Position numbers and translations under genes: made by a program. A stretch of DNA of 64,000 bases from an uncultured Clostridium sp. (GTDB taxonomy: Bacteria > Bacillota_I > Bacilli_A > RF39 > UBA660): positions 1,410 to 65,409 of the forward strand of contig CAZPSA010000001.1 in the NCBI GenBank assembly GCA_964589375.1. Direction: 5' to 3'. Positions within the stretch are counted from its first letter, which is position 1, and every line of letters begins with the position of its first letter. The notes under the pieces were generated by a model. That model worked only from the letters and a program-made list of their open reading frames with translations. It was not told where the DNA came from and searched no databases. Below, piece after piece: positions 53,414-63,358 of the stretch.

Positions 53414-55096
53414 TTATATCATTTTAAAATGCTTTAAAGCATCAACAATCATTTCTTCTTTTTCTTTTGTACAATTAGGTTGACGTGAATTTTCACTTTT
53501 TGGCTTGTTATAACATTCTCTTTCTATGATTCCATATTTTGTTTTTATTTGAGCAATATTTAATGAAGATACTTTAACATTGTATTTATTTAAAATATAT
53601 TCTTTAATTTCTGGATATGACGCTCCTTCTGGTTCTTTTCTAGAATCCACATCTTCAACAACTTTCTTAATAAGTTTCTTCCCTTTTTCGTTATCAAAAT
53701 TAAGATTTACGTTAACTTTGGAGTTATTACTTTTGTGGGACAACAAGACAACCGTTTCAACGTTACAAGTTTGAGGGAACATGTCTAATGGTTGAATCTG
53801 TAATATATGATATTTCTTTTGTAAATGATTACAGTTTTTAGCAAGGGTTGCGGTATTACAAGAAACATAAACTATTTTCTTTACAGGAAATTGTTGTAAA
53901 TAATTTATTAATCTTAAATCTAGTCCTGCTCTTGGTGGATCTACCACTAAAACATCAGGAATAAAGCCTTCTTTACGCCACTTAGTTAAACAAGTAATAA
54001 TATCTCCTGAATAAAATCTTGCATTAGATACATTATTCAATTTAGCATTTTGAATAGCATTTTTAATTCCTTCTTTATTAATATCAATGCCTCTAACCTC
54101 ATCAACATATTTACTAAGCCAAATACCAATAGTGCCTACTCCACAAAAAGCATCTACTACTTTTTCTTCTTTATGTAGTTTTGCGACATTCACAATTGTA
54201 CTATATAGTTTTTCTGTTTGTTCACAGTTTAATTGAAAAAAGGCTGTTGGTAATAATTCAAATTTATAAGGTCCAAGTTTTTCACAGATTGTATCATTAC
54301 CTACTACTTTAAAAGTATCTGTTCCAAAATTTTCAATAGCATCAGGATTATCATTAATACTAACATAAATACTTTTTACTTTATCAATTTTTATTAAATC
54401 AGAAGCAATATTAATTGTTCTTTGATCTTTTTTAAATAGTATTAAAGTAACTTGAATATCACCAGTAATACTTGAACTTCTAATTACAAGGTGTCTTAAT
54501 ATTCCTTCTTTAGATTTAGGATTATAAGCTATTACTTGATATTTAGTTAAAAATTCACATATTTCTTTTACTGCTTTTCTAATATCTTCTCTTTCAACTA
54601 AACAATCTTCAATATAAACAAGTTTATTTGAATCAAAAGCATAAAGTCCGGTTACAAGTTTTTCACCATCATATCTAACTGGAAGTTTGGCTTTATTACG
54701 GTAATGCCATGGATTTTCTTGAATAATTGTATCTTTAAATATTTTAGGATTAAGTGTTCCATTATAATATCTTGAAAATGATTCTTCAACAATTTGTTTT
54801 TTTAATTTACCTTGTTCTTCATATTTAATATGAAGTAACTGACATCCACCACATTGTTCATAGTACTTACATGGGGGCGTCACTCTATTGGGTGATGTTG
54901 TTTTAAACTTTATCGCCTTACCAATCGCATATTTTTCTTTAACATCCAACATTCTAACTACTACTTCTTCAGAAGGAATTGTAAAAGGAACAAATACCGC
55001 AAGTCTTTTATAATATCCAATTCCTTCACCATTAATTCCTGTTCTTTTAATTGTAAGTAATACTTCTTGATTTTTGTTTAATACATTTGGGCCCAT
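53414..55096 (-). CDS. RumA/RlmCD-type 23S rRNA (uracil-C5)-methyltransferase (TRAM plus Fe-S plus SAM MTase) with a ~100-aa C-terminal extension
   Basis: TIKRTGINGEGIGYY is the TRAM domain and CKYYEQCGGCQLLH is the Fe-S Cys cluster. DAFCGVGTIG is the SAM motif and VVDPPRAGL is also present. The canonical end near VETVVLLS is followed by ~100 extra residues. Confidence 0.85.
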   Translation of the reverse strand: MGPNVLNKNQEVLLTIKRTGINGEGIGYYKRLAVFVPFTIPSEEVVVRMLDVKEKYAIGKAIKFKTTSPNRVTPPCKYYEQCGGCQLLHIKYEEQGKLKKQIVEESFSRYYNGTLNPKIFKDTIIQENPWHYRNKAKLPVRYDGEKLVTGLYAFDSNKLVYIEDCLVEREDIRKAVKEICEFLTKYQVIAYNPKSKEGILRHLVIRSSSITGDIQVTLILFKKDQRTINIASDLIKIDKVKSIYVSINDNPDAIENFGTDTFKVVGNDTICEKLGPYKFELLPTAFFQLNCEQTEKLYSTIVNVAKLHKEEKVVDAFCGVGTIGIWLSKYVDEVRGIDINKEGIKNAIQNAKLNNVSNARFYSGDIITCLTKWRKEGFIPDVLVVDPPRAGLDLRLINYLQQFPVKKIVYVSCNTATLAKNCNHLQKKYHILQIQPLDMFPQTCNVETVVLLSHKSNNSKVNVNLNFDNEKGKKLIKKVVEDVDSRKEPEGASYPEIKEYILNKYNVKVSSLNIAQIKTKYGIIERECYNKPKSENSRQPNCTKEKEEMIVDALKHFKMI

Positions 55097-55199
55097 ACTA
55101 CACCTCTTTCATAATAGATTATACCACAAGATTTGATTTTTTGCATTTGATGTGGTATAATTATTAATAAATGTTACAAGATAATATAAAGGAGTTAAT

Positions 55200-55922
55200 A
55201 TGGAAGAAAATAAAAATGTGAATATAGATATAAAGAAACAAAAGACAAGAAGATTAGTTGTATTACTTAGTAGTCTAGGGGTTGTCATTTTATTTGTTCT
55301 TGCTTTTATCTTTGTATTTCAACAACCTAAAGTGGTAAAATTTGAAAATCTAAAGGGAAATAAAATAGATGATGTCGCATTAACTGAAGATGGATATATT
55401 TCAAAAGAAGATTTATCTAAAATTAATAATAAAATTAATTCATTTACCGTTAATGATAATGCAAATTCTACAAATGTAGTATGGGACTTTAAGGGATGGT
55501 ACTTAGATCAATCATTTAATAATCCTATTAGTGATATTGCGACTTATAAGTTTACATCTACAACTACTCTTTTCGCAAAGTGGACTTTACATCGTTATCA
55601 AATAACTTATGATTTTGGTGGAATTAAAATTACAAATGAAAATAAATTACCGAAAGAATATGTTGCTAAACACACCTTCCCAGAAGACTGGAGTAACTCG
55701 GATAAAGATAATGTTTGGAAAGCCGATTTTGATTATAGTAATGGGGTTCCAAGCTTTAATGAAAGTAAAGCTTTACTAGGTATTGATTTAGTAAATCCTA
55801 TTCCATCAAGAAGCGCCTATACTTTTGTTGGATGGTATACTGAACCTGAATTTATTAATAAAATTGAAAGATTAGATAATGTAAATCCTAAAGATATTAC
55901 CTTATATGCTAAATTTGAATAA
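55200..55922 (+). CDS. Membrane-anchored protein with Listeria-Bacteroides-type repeats
   Basis: The N-terminal TM is LVVLLSSLGVVILFVLAFIFVF. The repeats are FKGWYLDQSFNNPI and FVGWYTEPEFINKI. Confidence 0.7.
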   Translation: MEENKNVNIDIKKQKTRRLVVLLSSLGVVILFVLAFIFVFQQPKVVKFENLKGNKIDDVALTEDGYISKEDLSKINNKINSFTVNDNANSTNVVWDFKGWYLDQSFNNPISDIATYKFTSTTTLFAKWTLHRYQITYDFGGIKITNENKLPKEYVAKHTFPEDWSNSDKDNVWKADFDYSNGVPSFNESKALLGIDLVNPIPSRSAYTFVGWYTEPEFINKIERLDNVNPKDITLYAKFE

Positions 55923-55925
55923 TTA

Positions 55926-55950
55926 AAAAGCCTCCATTGGAGACTTTTTT
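55926..55950. terminator. Weak bidirectional hairpin between convergent genes
   Basis: AAAAGCCTCCATTGGAGACTTTTTTT forms a short imperfect stem flanked by A and T runs. Confidence 0.35.
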
Positions 55951-55954
55951 TATA

Positions 55955-56704
55955 CTATAAATCTAAAACAGTTCTAAAAGAATAACCCTGATTTTTAATC
56001 TCATCAATAATTTCACCAAGTGCTAAGCTATTAGTTTTCGATACTGAATGAAGTAAAATAATCGCTCCATTATGTAAGTTATCAATTACACTTTTAATCG
56101 CTTTATCAACTGATGCTTGATGTGAACTATCCCAATCACAATAGGCAATAGACCAAAATACCGTCTTATAACCTAGTTCTTGAACATTCTTTAATGCATC
56201 TTTTGTAAATTCACCCTCAGGTGGTCTAAAGTATCTAGCAAGTTGATATCCAGTAAGATCAAAATATGCATTATTTAACTTTTCTAAATCTTCTTTTAAT
56301 TCCTTCTTAGATAAGGTTTGAATCTTTTTATGACTATATGAGTGATTACACATAACATGACCTTCAAGTCTCATACGATAAGTTAAATCACTAAATCTTT
56401 TAACAAAATCACCTGTTATAAAAAAACTCGCCTTTACATCTTTTTCTTTTAAAGTATTAAGAATATTATCAAGTTCGCCATTATCATACCCTGCATCAAA
56501 GGTTAAATAAACAATTTTTTTCGAGGTATCACCAACATAAAAGGATGAGGTACCATCTAACAAACTTTGGTATTTACCAATATCTGGGGTTAAGTGATGA
56601 GGATTTCTTTTAAATCCAAAACCAGCTGCTTCAACATTCATAGTATATAGGGAAAATAAGATTGTGAACAAACACGTAAGAATAAAGATTTTTTTCTTAA
56701 TCAT
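55955..56704 (-). CDS. pdaA: NodB-family polysaccharide deacetylase, PdaA-like (delta-lactam-biosynthetic de-N-acetylase type)
   Basis: GFGFKRNPHHLTPDIG, IVYLTFDAGYDNG, ASFFITGDF, HVMCNHSYSH, RPPEGEF, VFWSIAYCDW and ILLHSVS closely parallel B. subtilis PdaA as I remember it. Confidence 0.7.
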   Translation of the reverse strand: MIKKKIFILTCLFTILFSLYTMNVEAAGFGFKRNPHHLTPDIGKYQSLLDGTSSFYVGDTSKKIVYLTFDAGYDNGELDNILNTLKEKDVKASFFITGDFVKRFSDLTYRMRLEGHVMCNHSYSHKKIQTLSKKELKEDLEKLNNAYFDLTGYQLARYFRPPEGEFTKDALKNVQELGYKTVFWSIAYCDWDSSHQASVDKAIKSVIDNLHNGAIILLHSVSKTNSLALGEIIDEIKNQGYSFRTVLDL

Positions 56705-56743
56705 TGTTTTACCTCGCTTTGTTCATAATTATTATATCCAATA

Positions 56744-57496
56744 TTACTTATTTATTTCATACCTTTTTTTGGTAAAGTAATAATGAAGACAAACAACATA
56801 AACAAACGATAAAACAATTAAATATAACCAAAAAATAAATAACATAAGTGAAGATGTAGTTCCATATAATACATCATAATTATTTAATTTAAGAATATAA
56901 TTAACATAATAATATACAATAGTTAAAATATACCAAATTAAAGTAATTAATAAACTTATAAAAAAAGTCTGCTTAAATTTAATTTTAATCGGAACAACTA
57001 CCTTATATAAAAAGCCAAGAATTAAACTAATTGAAATAAATTGTAATAAAAATTGAAGAATTAGCATTACATAATATTCATTTATTTGTAATATATTTTT
57101 GAAAAAATATAAAAAATAAATTACAAAAGCAATTTGTGCAGTAATAATAATTAATAAAATAACCATTAAAATAATACTTCTTATTTTTCTACTTATTCTT
57201 GGTCTTCTTTTTTCTTCTTGATATATTACATCTGATGAAATATGTAGTTCATTTATAAACTTTGATGATACCCATATAATCGATATTACTAAAGATATAA
57301 GTGAAATTATATTCTTTGTATTAGAAAATTGATAGTCAGGTAGAAAATCAATTTGTAAAAATTTAAAGATATTACTTAATAATACCATTATGGGAATGAT
57401 AATAAATAATAAATAAAAAGTGATTGATGCTGCTAAGGTACTAGGATTAACTTCATTTAGGTATTTGGAAAGTTCCTTAAGTTGTTTCTTTTTCAT
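56744..57496 (-). CDS. YihY/BrkB-family polytopic membrane protein
   Basis: LAASITFYLLFIIIPIMVLL and about six TM segments. Confidence 0.6.
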   Translation of the reverse strand: MKKKQLKELSKYLNEVNPSTLAASITFYLLFIIIPIMVLLSNIFKFLQIDFLPDYQFSNTKNIISLISLVISIIWVSSKFINELHISSDVIYQEEKRRPRISRKIRSIILMVILLIIITAQIAFVIYFLYFFKNILQINEYYVMLILQFLLQFISISLILGFLYKVVVPIKIKFKQTFFISLLITLIWYILTIVYYYVNYILKLNNYDVLYGTTSSLMLFIFWLYLIVLSFVYVVCLHYYFTKKRYEINK

Positions 57497-57556
57497 GTCA
57501 TTCTCCTTTAAAAGATAAGCTGTTATATACTAAAAAAGTAATATAACAGCATTTTT

Positions 57557-58810
57557 TTATTTCATATAATTTTCAATATCTTTTACTTCTTTAATGATAT
57601 CTTTTGATAATAGGATTGCTTTACCTTTAGTAATTAAAATATTATCTTCAATACGAATACCAATATTTTCTTCAGGTATATAAAGACCTGGTTCAATAGT
57701 AATGACCATTCCTTCTTTTAATCCCATATTACTATGTGATGGATCATGAACATCTAATCCAAGAGAATGACCAATTGAATGGAAATAATATTTAATTAAT
57801 TCACTATCTTCTTTAATTATACCAAGGCTTTTTAATCCATCAGCTAATAATTTTTTTGCATAATCATTTAGATCTTTCCAACTCATTCCATCAGTTGCAT
57901 ATTCAATACATAACTTATTAGTATTTAATACGACTTCATATATTGCTTTTTGACGATCTGTAAATTTACCAGATACTGGGAATGTTCTTGAAATATCACT
58001 TGAATAATGTTTTGTGTAACATCCAACATCCATTAAAAGAAGTGAATCATTGATAATGTCACAATTGTTATCATCATAATGTAAGACTGTTGCATTATGT
58101 CCTGCAGCAATAATATCATTGAATGATAATGACTTACCCTCTTTAATAATTTGGAAATCATGATATGCATTAGCAATACTTTCATTTGAAAGTTCTTGGT
58201 GATGAATCATTACATTATAAATTGCATTTTTAGTAGTACTGATACTTTGTTTAATTAATTCAACTTCTGCTTCATTCTTGCACATTCTTAGTTCAACAAT
58301 TTCATTATAGCAATTTTTAATTACAATACTAGGGTATTTATCTTTTATTTTTCTAGCATATTCAAGACCAAAAGTATTATATAGTTTTAAATTTCTTTGT
58401 TCTAAATCAAGATATATTGTTTTGGCTTCATTTAAACCATAACGATTAGATTGATATAAGCCTTCTACTTTACTATCAAATAAATTTAAGTCAAAAATAT
58501 TTTTAGTATTTATTCCTGATATCTTAGATGCTTCTTCAAAAGATAGGGTCGCACCTAACCATTTTGCTTTTTCCACATCTACCTTTTCAATAAATAGCCA
58601 TTCTAAATATTTTTCATCAAATTTACCAATCACAAGAATAACTTCAGCTTGGTCAATGCCAGTTAAATAATAGAAATTATTATTAACAACATAATCATAA
58701 ACAGCATCAGCTGATTTAAATACATCATAACCTGAATGTATAATAGCAATACTATTATTGTCTAATTTTTCAAATAAATGTTTACGATTTAAAGAAAGAT
58801 AATTATTCAT
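57557..58810 (-). CDS. Xaa-Pro aminopeptidase (M24B)
   Basis: Metal-ligand motifs are LLMDVGC..YSSDISRTFP, HSIGHSLGLDVHD, VITIEPGLY and GIRIEDN. Confidence 0.85.
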   Translation of the reverse strand: MNNYLSLNRKHLFEKLDNNSIAIIHSGYDVFKSADAVYDYVVNNNFYYLTGIDQAEVILVIGKFDEKYLEWLFIEKVDVEKAKWLGATLSFEEASKISGINTKNIFDLNLFDSKVEGLYQSNRYGLNEAKTIYLDLEQRNLKLYNTFGLEYARKIKDKYPSIVIKNCYNEIVELRMCKNEAEVELIKQSISTTKNAIYNVMIHHQELSNESIANAYHDFQIIKEGKSLSFNDIIAAGHNATVLHYDDNNCDIINDSLLLMDVGCYTKHYSSDISRTFPVSGKFTDRQKAIYEVVLNTNKLCIEYATDGMSWKDLNDYAKKLLADGLKSLGIIKEDSELIKYYFHSIGHSLGLDVHDPSHSNMGLKEGMVITIEPGLYIPEENIGIRIEDNILITKGKAILLSKDIIKEVKDIENYMK

Positions 58811-59811
58811 TATTTAGTACTTCCTTTCTTAACAGTAGTTGTAATTGATTTAGGATCATAGTAGTTTTCTAAAACTAAAGCAAATTGATTCATTACTGTA
58901 ACTGCTTGTTTTAAAGTAATTGTATCAAGAACAAGTCCTAAGATATTTTCATGAAATTTATCATGTTCTTTTAAGACTTTCTTTGCTTTTTGAGTTGTAC
59001 TAACTAGAATAATACGATGGTCCATTTCATGTCTAATTCTTAATAGATATCCTTTTTGAACTAATCGATTAATACTAATAGTAAGTGAACCAACAGTTAC
59101 TTTTAATTTTTTTGCTATTAAAGACATTGGTTTATTATTATTTTGGTCTACCATTTCAATTACATGCAATTCACCAATTGTTAAATCTTGGATAAGTTTT
59201 GTATCCATGGTTTTTTCTTCAATAACATTTGTTAAATTAGCGATATAAGTAAAAGCTTCTGATAATTTCTTATAAAGTGGTTTTTCTTCTTTCGTCCATA
59301 CTTTAACTTTTTTAGGTGTAGGTCTAACAATTATAGTAGGTTCTGTATTTTTTTCTTTTTCCTTTTTTGTTTCTTCTTTCGGTTCTCTTTTTGGAGGTTC
59401 GATTGTAAGAGATTTCGAACTAACCTTAGGAAGGGGATTTTCTGAAGGTTTTCTTCCACGTTTTTTTGTTTCTATTCCAAGTGTTGTATCAAGAGAATCA
59501 GTTTTGTTTTCAATAACATCATCTGCCATATTAACAGTTGGTTCTGAAACTTTAATTATTTTGGCTGGTGACTTTTTAATAATAACTGGTTGTTTTAGTG
59601 TAGTTTCAGCTTTTTTAGTTGTTTTTTTCGTTGTTGTTTTTTTGGTTGTTGTTTTCTTAGTTGTTGCTTTCTTAGTTGTTGCTTTAGTTGCTGTCTTTTT
59701 TTCAACTACTTTCAAAGTACCAGTTTTAGGGTCTATCTTTGTTTTGGTTGTAGCCTTTTTTGTTGTAGTTTTTTTAGGGGTTACCTTTTTTACTTCTTCT
59801 ATATTTTCCAT
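58810..59811 (-). CDS. MarR-family regulator with a ~170-aa Lys/Thr/Pro-rich N-terminal extension
   Basis: The C-terminal LTIGELHVIEMVDQNNNKPMSLIAKKLKVTVGSLTISINRLVQKGYLLR is a winged HTH. The N-terminus carries KKTTTKKATTK-type repeats. Confidence 0.75.
   Translation of the reverse strand: MENIEEVKKVTPKKTTTKKATTKTKIDPKTGTLKVVEKKTATKATTKKATTKKTTTKKTTTKKTTKKAETTLKQPVIIKKSPAKIIKVSEPTVNMADDVIENKTDSLDTTLGIETKKRGRKPSENPLPKVSSKSLTIEPPKREPKEETKKEKEKNTEPTIIVRPTPKKVKVWTKEEKPLYKKLSEAFTYIANLTNVIEEKTMDTKLIQDLTIGELHVIEMVDQNNNKPMSLIAKKLKVTVGSLTISINRLVQKGYLLRIRHEMDHRIILVSTTQKAKKVLKEHDKFHENILGLVLDTITLKQAVTVMNQFALVLENYYDPKSITTTVKKGSTK
59600..59785 (-). repeat. Low-complexity Lys/Thr repeat coding region in the MarR gene
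   Basis: TPKKTTTKKATTKTK...TKATTKKATTKKTTTKKTTTKKTTKKAE. It produces the spurious plus-strand ORF 59504..59827. Confidence 0.9.
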
Positions 59812-59871
59812 AATATCACCTCTTTAGTTTTATTATAAAACAATTTTAGTTTAAAGTCAAATATTTTACTT

Positions 59872-59905
59872 TTGAAAATAAAAAGCATATTTATAAAAAA
59901 TATGC
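59872..59905 (-). terminator. Rho-independent terminator after acpP
   Basis: The minus strand reads GCATATT-TTTTATA-AATATGC followed by TTTTTATTTTC. Confidence 0.55.
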
Positions 59906-59916
59906 CTTTATAATTT

Positions 59917-60147
59917 CTAGTTTTGATGCTCTTCAATATATTTTACTAAATCGCCAACTGTTTTAATTGCTTGTGCAGATGTATCATCAATTTCCATTCC
60001 ATATTCTTCTTCTAATGAAAACATGATTTCAACAGCATCTAGTGAATCAGCACCTAAATCTTCAACAAGTCTTGTTTCCATTGTAATACTTGCTACATCT
60101 TTGTCTAATTCTTTTGCGATTATTTCAGCAACTTTTTCAAATACCAT
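59917..60147 (-). CDS. acpP: Acyl carrier protein
   Basis: LGADSLDAVEIMFSLEEEYGMEI carries the phosphopantetheine Ser in a DSL motif. Size is 76 aa. Confidence 0.9.
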   Translation of the reverse strand: MVFEKVAEIIAKELDKDVASITMETRLVEDLGADSLDAVEIMFSLEEEYGMEIDDTSAQAIKTVGDLVKYIEEHQN

Positions 60148-60149
60148 AA

Positions 60150-62459
60150 TTATTCTCCTTTAGTTTCTTTCTTATCTTTTTTATTTTTTTTAGGCGTTTC
60201 AGGAGTCTTTTCATTTGGGTCAATCATTGTAAGTTGTAAACGACTCTTCTTAAGGTCAACATCTAATACCCATACTTTAACTATTTGACCAACACTAACA
60301 GCATCAAGTGGATGTTTAATATAACCTTTTGACATTTTTGAAATATGTACTAAACCATCATCTTTAACACCACAGTCAACAAACGCACCAAAGTCAACTA
60401 CGTTACGTACTGTACCTTGTAATTCCATACCAGCTTTTAAGTCTTCTAAATGTAAGACATCACTTCTTAGTACTGGAGTTTCAATGTCATCACGTGGGTC
60501 ACGAAGTGGTGAAACAAAGGCTTCTAAAATATCATTTAATGTATATTCACCAACATTTAATTCTTCAACCATTTGTTTCTTTTCATTATCAGTAACAGCC
60601 TTAACTTTTTCAACTAACTCTGTAGTTCCTAAATCAGCTGAAGTAAAGCCTAATTTATTTAAGATAGTACGAGCAATTTCATAACTTTCAGGGTGTATTC
60701 CTGTCATATCAAGAGGTTCTGTGCCATCAACAATTCTTAAGAAACCAATTGCTTGTTCTAAGGCTTTAGGTCCAACCCCTTTTACTTTAATATCTTCTCT
60801 TGTAACAAAACGACCATTAGCATCACGATGAGCAACAATTTTCTTTGCGGCACCAGCATTAAGACCTGCAACATATTGTAGTAAAGATACAGAAGCAGTA
60901 TTAATATTTACACCAACTTGGTTAACAGCCGTTTCAACAACGAAATCTAATGATTCAGTTAATTTACTTTGGGTTACGTCATGTTGATATTGGCCAACAC
61001 CAATTGCTTTTGGTTCAATTTTAACTAGTTCTGATAATGGGTCTTGTAAACGACGAGCGATTGATACCGCAGAACGTTCTTCAACTGAGTAATCAGGGAA
61101 CTCATCACGAGCAAGATCTGATGCTGAATAAACAGATGCACCGGCTTCATTAACAATAATATATTTAACAGGACGATCAACTTTCTTTAATTGTTCAGCA
61201 ACGAAACTTTCAGTTTCACGGCTGGCTGTACCATTACCAATTGCAACTACTTCAACATTATGTCTAACAACTAAATCTAAGAAAATGTTAATTGCATTTT
61301 CATATCTTCCAGGAGGAACCACTTCACCTTTTTGTTTTTGGTGAGGATACATTACACTCTTTTCAAGTACTTTACCTGTAGCATCAACTACACATAATTT
61401 ACAACCAGTACGATAAGCTGGGTCAACACCTAAAACGGTTTTTCCTTTCATTGGAGCTTGTAATAAATAATTTCTTAAGTTTTCTCCAAAAATATGAATA
61501 GCTTGGTCTTCAGCTTTATCTTTAAGTTCTGCTCTAATTTCACGAACAACAGCTGGTTTAATTAAACGATCATAACCATCTTCACAAGCTTCTTTTACAA
61601 GTTCAGCTGTAAGTGATTTCATATTATCATCACCAATTTTATCTTTTAAGATATACATAATAATAAAATCACGATTTTCAACTATAGATACTTTAATAAC
61701 TTTTTCAGCTTCTGCACGATTTAAGGCAAGTATACGATGAAGTTTAATTGTTTTAATTGGTTCTTCATAATCATAATACATTTCGTAAACTTTCTTTTCA
61801 TCTAAAGTTTCATCTTTAACTTCAGATTTCATTTTTGCGAAATTAACATAATTATTTTTAATCCAAGTACGATATCTAGGTTCATCAGATACGATTTCAG
61901 CAATAATATCTTTTGCACCTTGAAGAGCTTCTTGAGCATTCTTAACAATTAAGCCTTCCTTCTTCATTGCTTCGATTTCTTCATCAGTTTTACCTTCTAA
62001 ATTAGTAACATATTTAGAAGCTTCTTCTAAAACATCACCTTCAGTTGGATAACTTAATAAATATTCAGCAAGAGGTTCTAAGCCTTTTTTCTTAGCATCG
62101 GTAGCACGAGTCTTTTTCTTTTCCTTAAATGGACGATATATATCTTCAATTTCAGATAATTTACTAGCAACAATAATTGCTTGTCTAATTTCATCTGTTA
62201 ATTTTCCTTTTTCTTCAATTAGTCGCATTACGTCTTCTTTACGTGCTGCTAACTTTTGTCCGTATTCCCATTCTTGATAAATGGCTCTAATTTGTTCTTC
62301 ATCAAGGTTGCCTGTAACTTCTTTACGATAACGAGCAATGAAAGGAACGGTTGCACCTTGTTCAATCAATTGTAATACAGCATTAATTTGCGTAATTTTT
62401 ACATTTTGTTCTTTAGATATTTTCGCAAGTAATGCCTCATTAATGTAATTATTTTCCAT
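60150..62459 (-). CDS. tex: Tex-family transcription accessory protein (HTH, YqgF, HhH and S1 domains)
   Basis: VPFIARYRKE is present, with a C-terminal S1 domain GTVRNVVDFGAFVDCGVKDDGLVHISKM. The start was placed at ATGs 62459/62462 after the SD AGGAGG, because the track start (62558) lies inside the promoter. Confidence 0.9.
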   Translation of the reverse strand: MENNYINEALLAKISKEQNVKITQINAVLQLIEQGATVPFIARYRKEVTGNLDEEQIRAIYQEWEYGQKLAARKEDVMRLIEEKGKLTDEIRQAIIVASKLSEIEDIYRPFKEKKKTRATDAKKKGLEPLAEYLLSYPTEGDVLEEASKYVTNLEGKTDEEIEAMKKEGLIVKNAQEALQGAKDIIAEIVSDEPRYRTWIKNNYVNFAKMKSEVKDETLDEKKVYEMYYDYEEPIKTIKLHRILALNRAEAEKVIKVSIVENRDFIIMYILKDKIGDDNMKSLTAELVKEACEDGYDRLIKPAVVREIRAELKDKAEDQAIHIFGENLRNYLLQAPMKGKTVLGVDPAYRTGCKLCVVDATGKVLEKSVMYPHQKQKGEVVPPGRYENAINIFLDLVVRHNVEVVAIGNGTASRETESFVAEQLKKVDRPVKYIIVNEAGASVYSASDLARDEFPDYSVEERSAVSIARRLQDPLSELVKIEPKAIGVGQYQHDVTQSKLTESLDFVVETAVNQVGVNINTASVSLLQYVAGLNAGAAKKIVAHRDANGRFVTREDIKVKGVGPKALEQAIGFLRIVDGTEPLDMTGIHPESYEIARTILNKLGFTSADLGTTELVEKVKAVTDNEKKQMVEELNVGEYTLNDILEAFVSPLRDPRDDIETPVLRSDVLHLEDLKAGMELQGTVRNVVDFGAFVDCGVKDDGLVHISKMSKGYIKHPLDAVSVGQIVKVWVLDVDLKKSRLQLTMIDPNEKTPETPKKNKKDKKETKGE

Positions 62460-62529
62460 CATTTTCCTCCTATTTTGTAACCATATAGTATATATTTTAC
62501 TATAGCTGTAATTTTTGTACAGCTTAAAT

Positions 62530-62558
62530 ATTATACCATATTTTCTTCCTTTTAGCAA
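62530..62558 (-). promoter_or_regulatory. Near-consensus sigma-A promoter of tex
   Basis: The minus strand reads TTGCTA, a 17-nt spacer, then TATAAT, with TG at the extended -10 position (TGGTATAAT). Confidence 0.55.
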
Positions 62559-62608
62559 ACAATTAGCCTATCTGAAATCTATATAATAATCTTTTGTTTT
62601 TTTAAAAT

Positions 62609-63268
62609 TTATTCAGAAAAATGGTCATTTACTATTTTTAAAACATTCCATAAAATATAAATAGTTTGTTTTTGTCTAATTTCATTACGTGAGCCACTTA
62701 CTTTATATGATGCTACATATTCACATTTTTTATTTAAAATATTTGTTATAATAGCAAAATCAAAAGTTCCATCTTTTATATCTTTAGTATTTCCCCCAGC
62801 TCTTCCCGTAACACTAACAGAAATTGACGCATTACTTAATTTATGTACTCCTTCTGCCATTTCTTTAGCCACTTCTTTTGAATAAACACTATATTTTTCA
62901 AGGGTTGTTTTTTTTACACCAAGTATTTTTTCTTTAGCACATTCACTATATGTTACATAACTTTCATTGATAACACTAGATGCGCCTGGAACATTAATAA
63001 TTGTTGAAGCAAGCATTCCGCCTGTACATGATTCACCAAAACTAATTGTTAAATTATTTTTCTTTAAGGCATCTACTAAAAGTGCTTCTAAGCTTATCCC
63101 CATAAAGCCAATAACATATTGTTTATTTTTTTCTAAGAATTCTTGATAACTTAAAAAATCAGTAAAATACCAAGTAACCGTATTTAAAGATGTTTTAAAG
63201 GGAATTCTTTCTTTATACCATAATAATAATGATTCATAATCTATTGTAACTATCTCTAATTCATTCAT
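62609..63268 (-). CDS. CinA C-terminal-domain (PncC-type nicotinamide-nucleotide amidohydrolase) protein with a ~55-aa N-terminal extension
   Basis: ISFGESCTGGMLASTIINVPGASSVINESYVTYS and SVSVTGRAGG are typical CinA-C motifs. Confidence 0.75.
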   Translation of the reverse strand: MNELEIVTIDYESLLLWYKERIPFKTSLNTVTWYFTDFLSYQEFLEKNKQYVIGFMGISLEALLVDALKKNNLTISFGESCTGGMLASTIINVPGASSVINESYVTYSECAKEKILGVKKTTLEKYSVYSKEVAKEMAEGVHKLSNASISVSVTGRAGGNTKDIKDGTFDFAIITNILNKKCEYVASYKVSGSRNEIRQKQTIYILWNVLKIVNDHFSE

Positions 63269-63358
63269 ACATTTTCACTCCATTTATTAAGTATTATAAC
63301 ACATTACTTTTAATTTTTTTTATTTTTTGCTATACTATAGTTATAGGAGATAAATGCT

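Noticed and set aside
59504-59827. Plus-strand 107-aa Val/Phe-rich ORF
   Set aside because: It is the reverse complement of the Lys/Thr repeat of the MarR gene.
62460-62558. N-terminal 33-residue extension of Tex in the ORF track (MLKGRKYGII...)
   Set aside because: The extension overlaps a near-consensus promoter (-35 at 62553-62558, -10 at 62530-62535) and has no SD. AGGAGG precedes the ATGs at 62459/62462, where the conserved Tex N-terminus begins.
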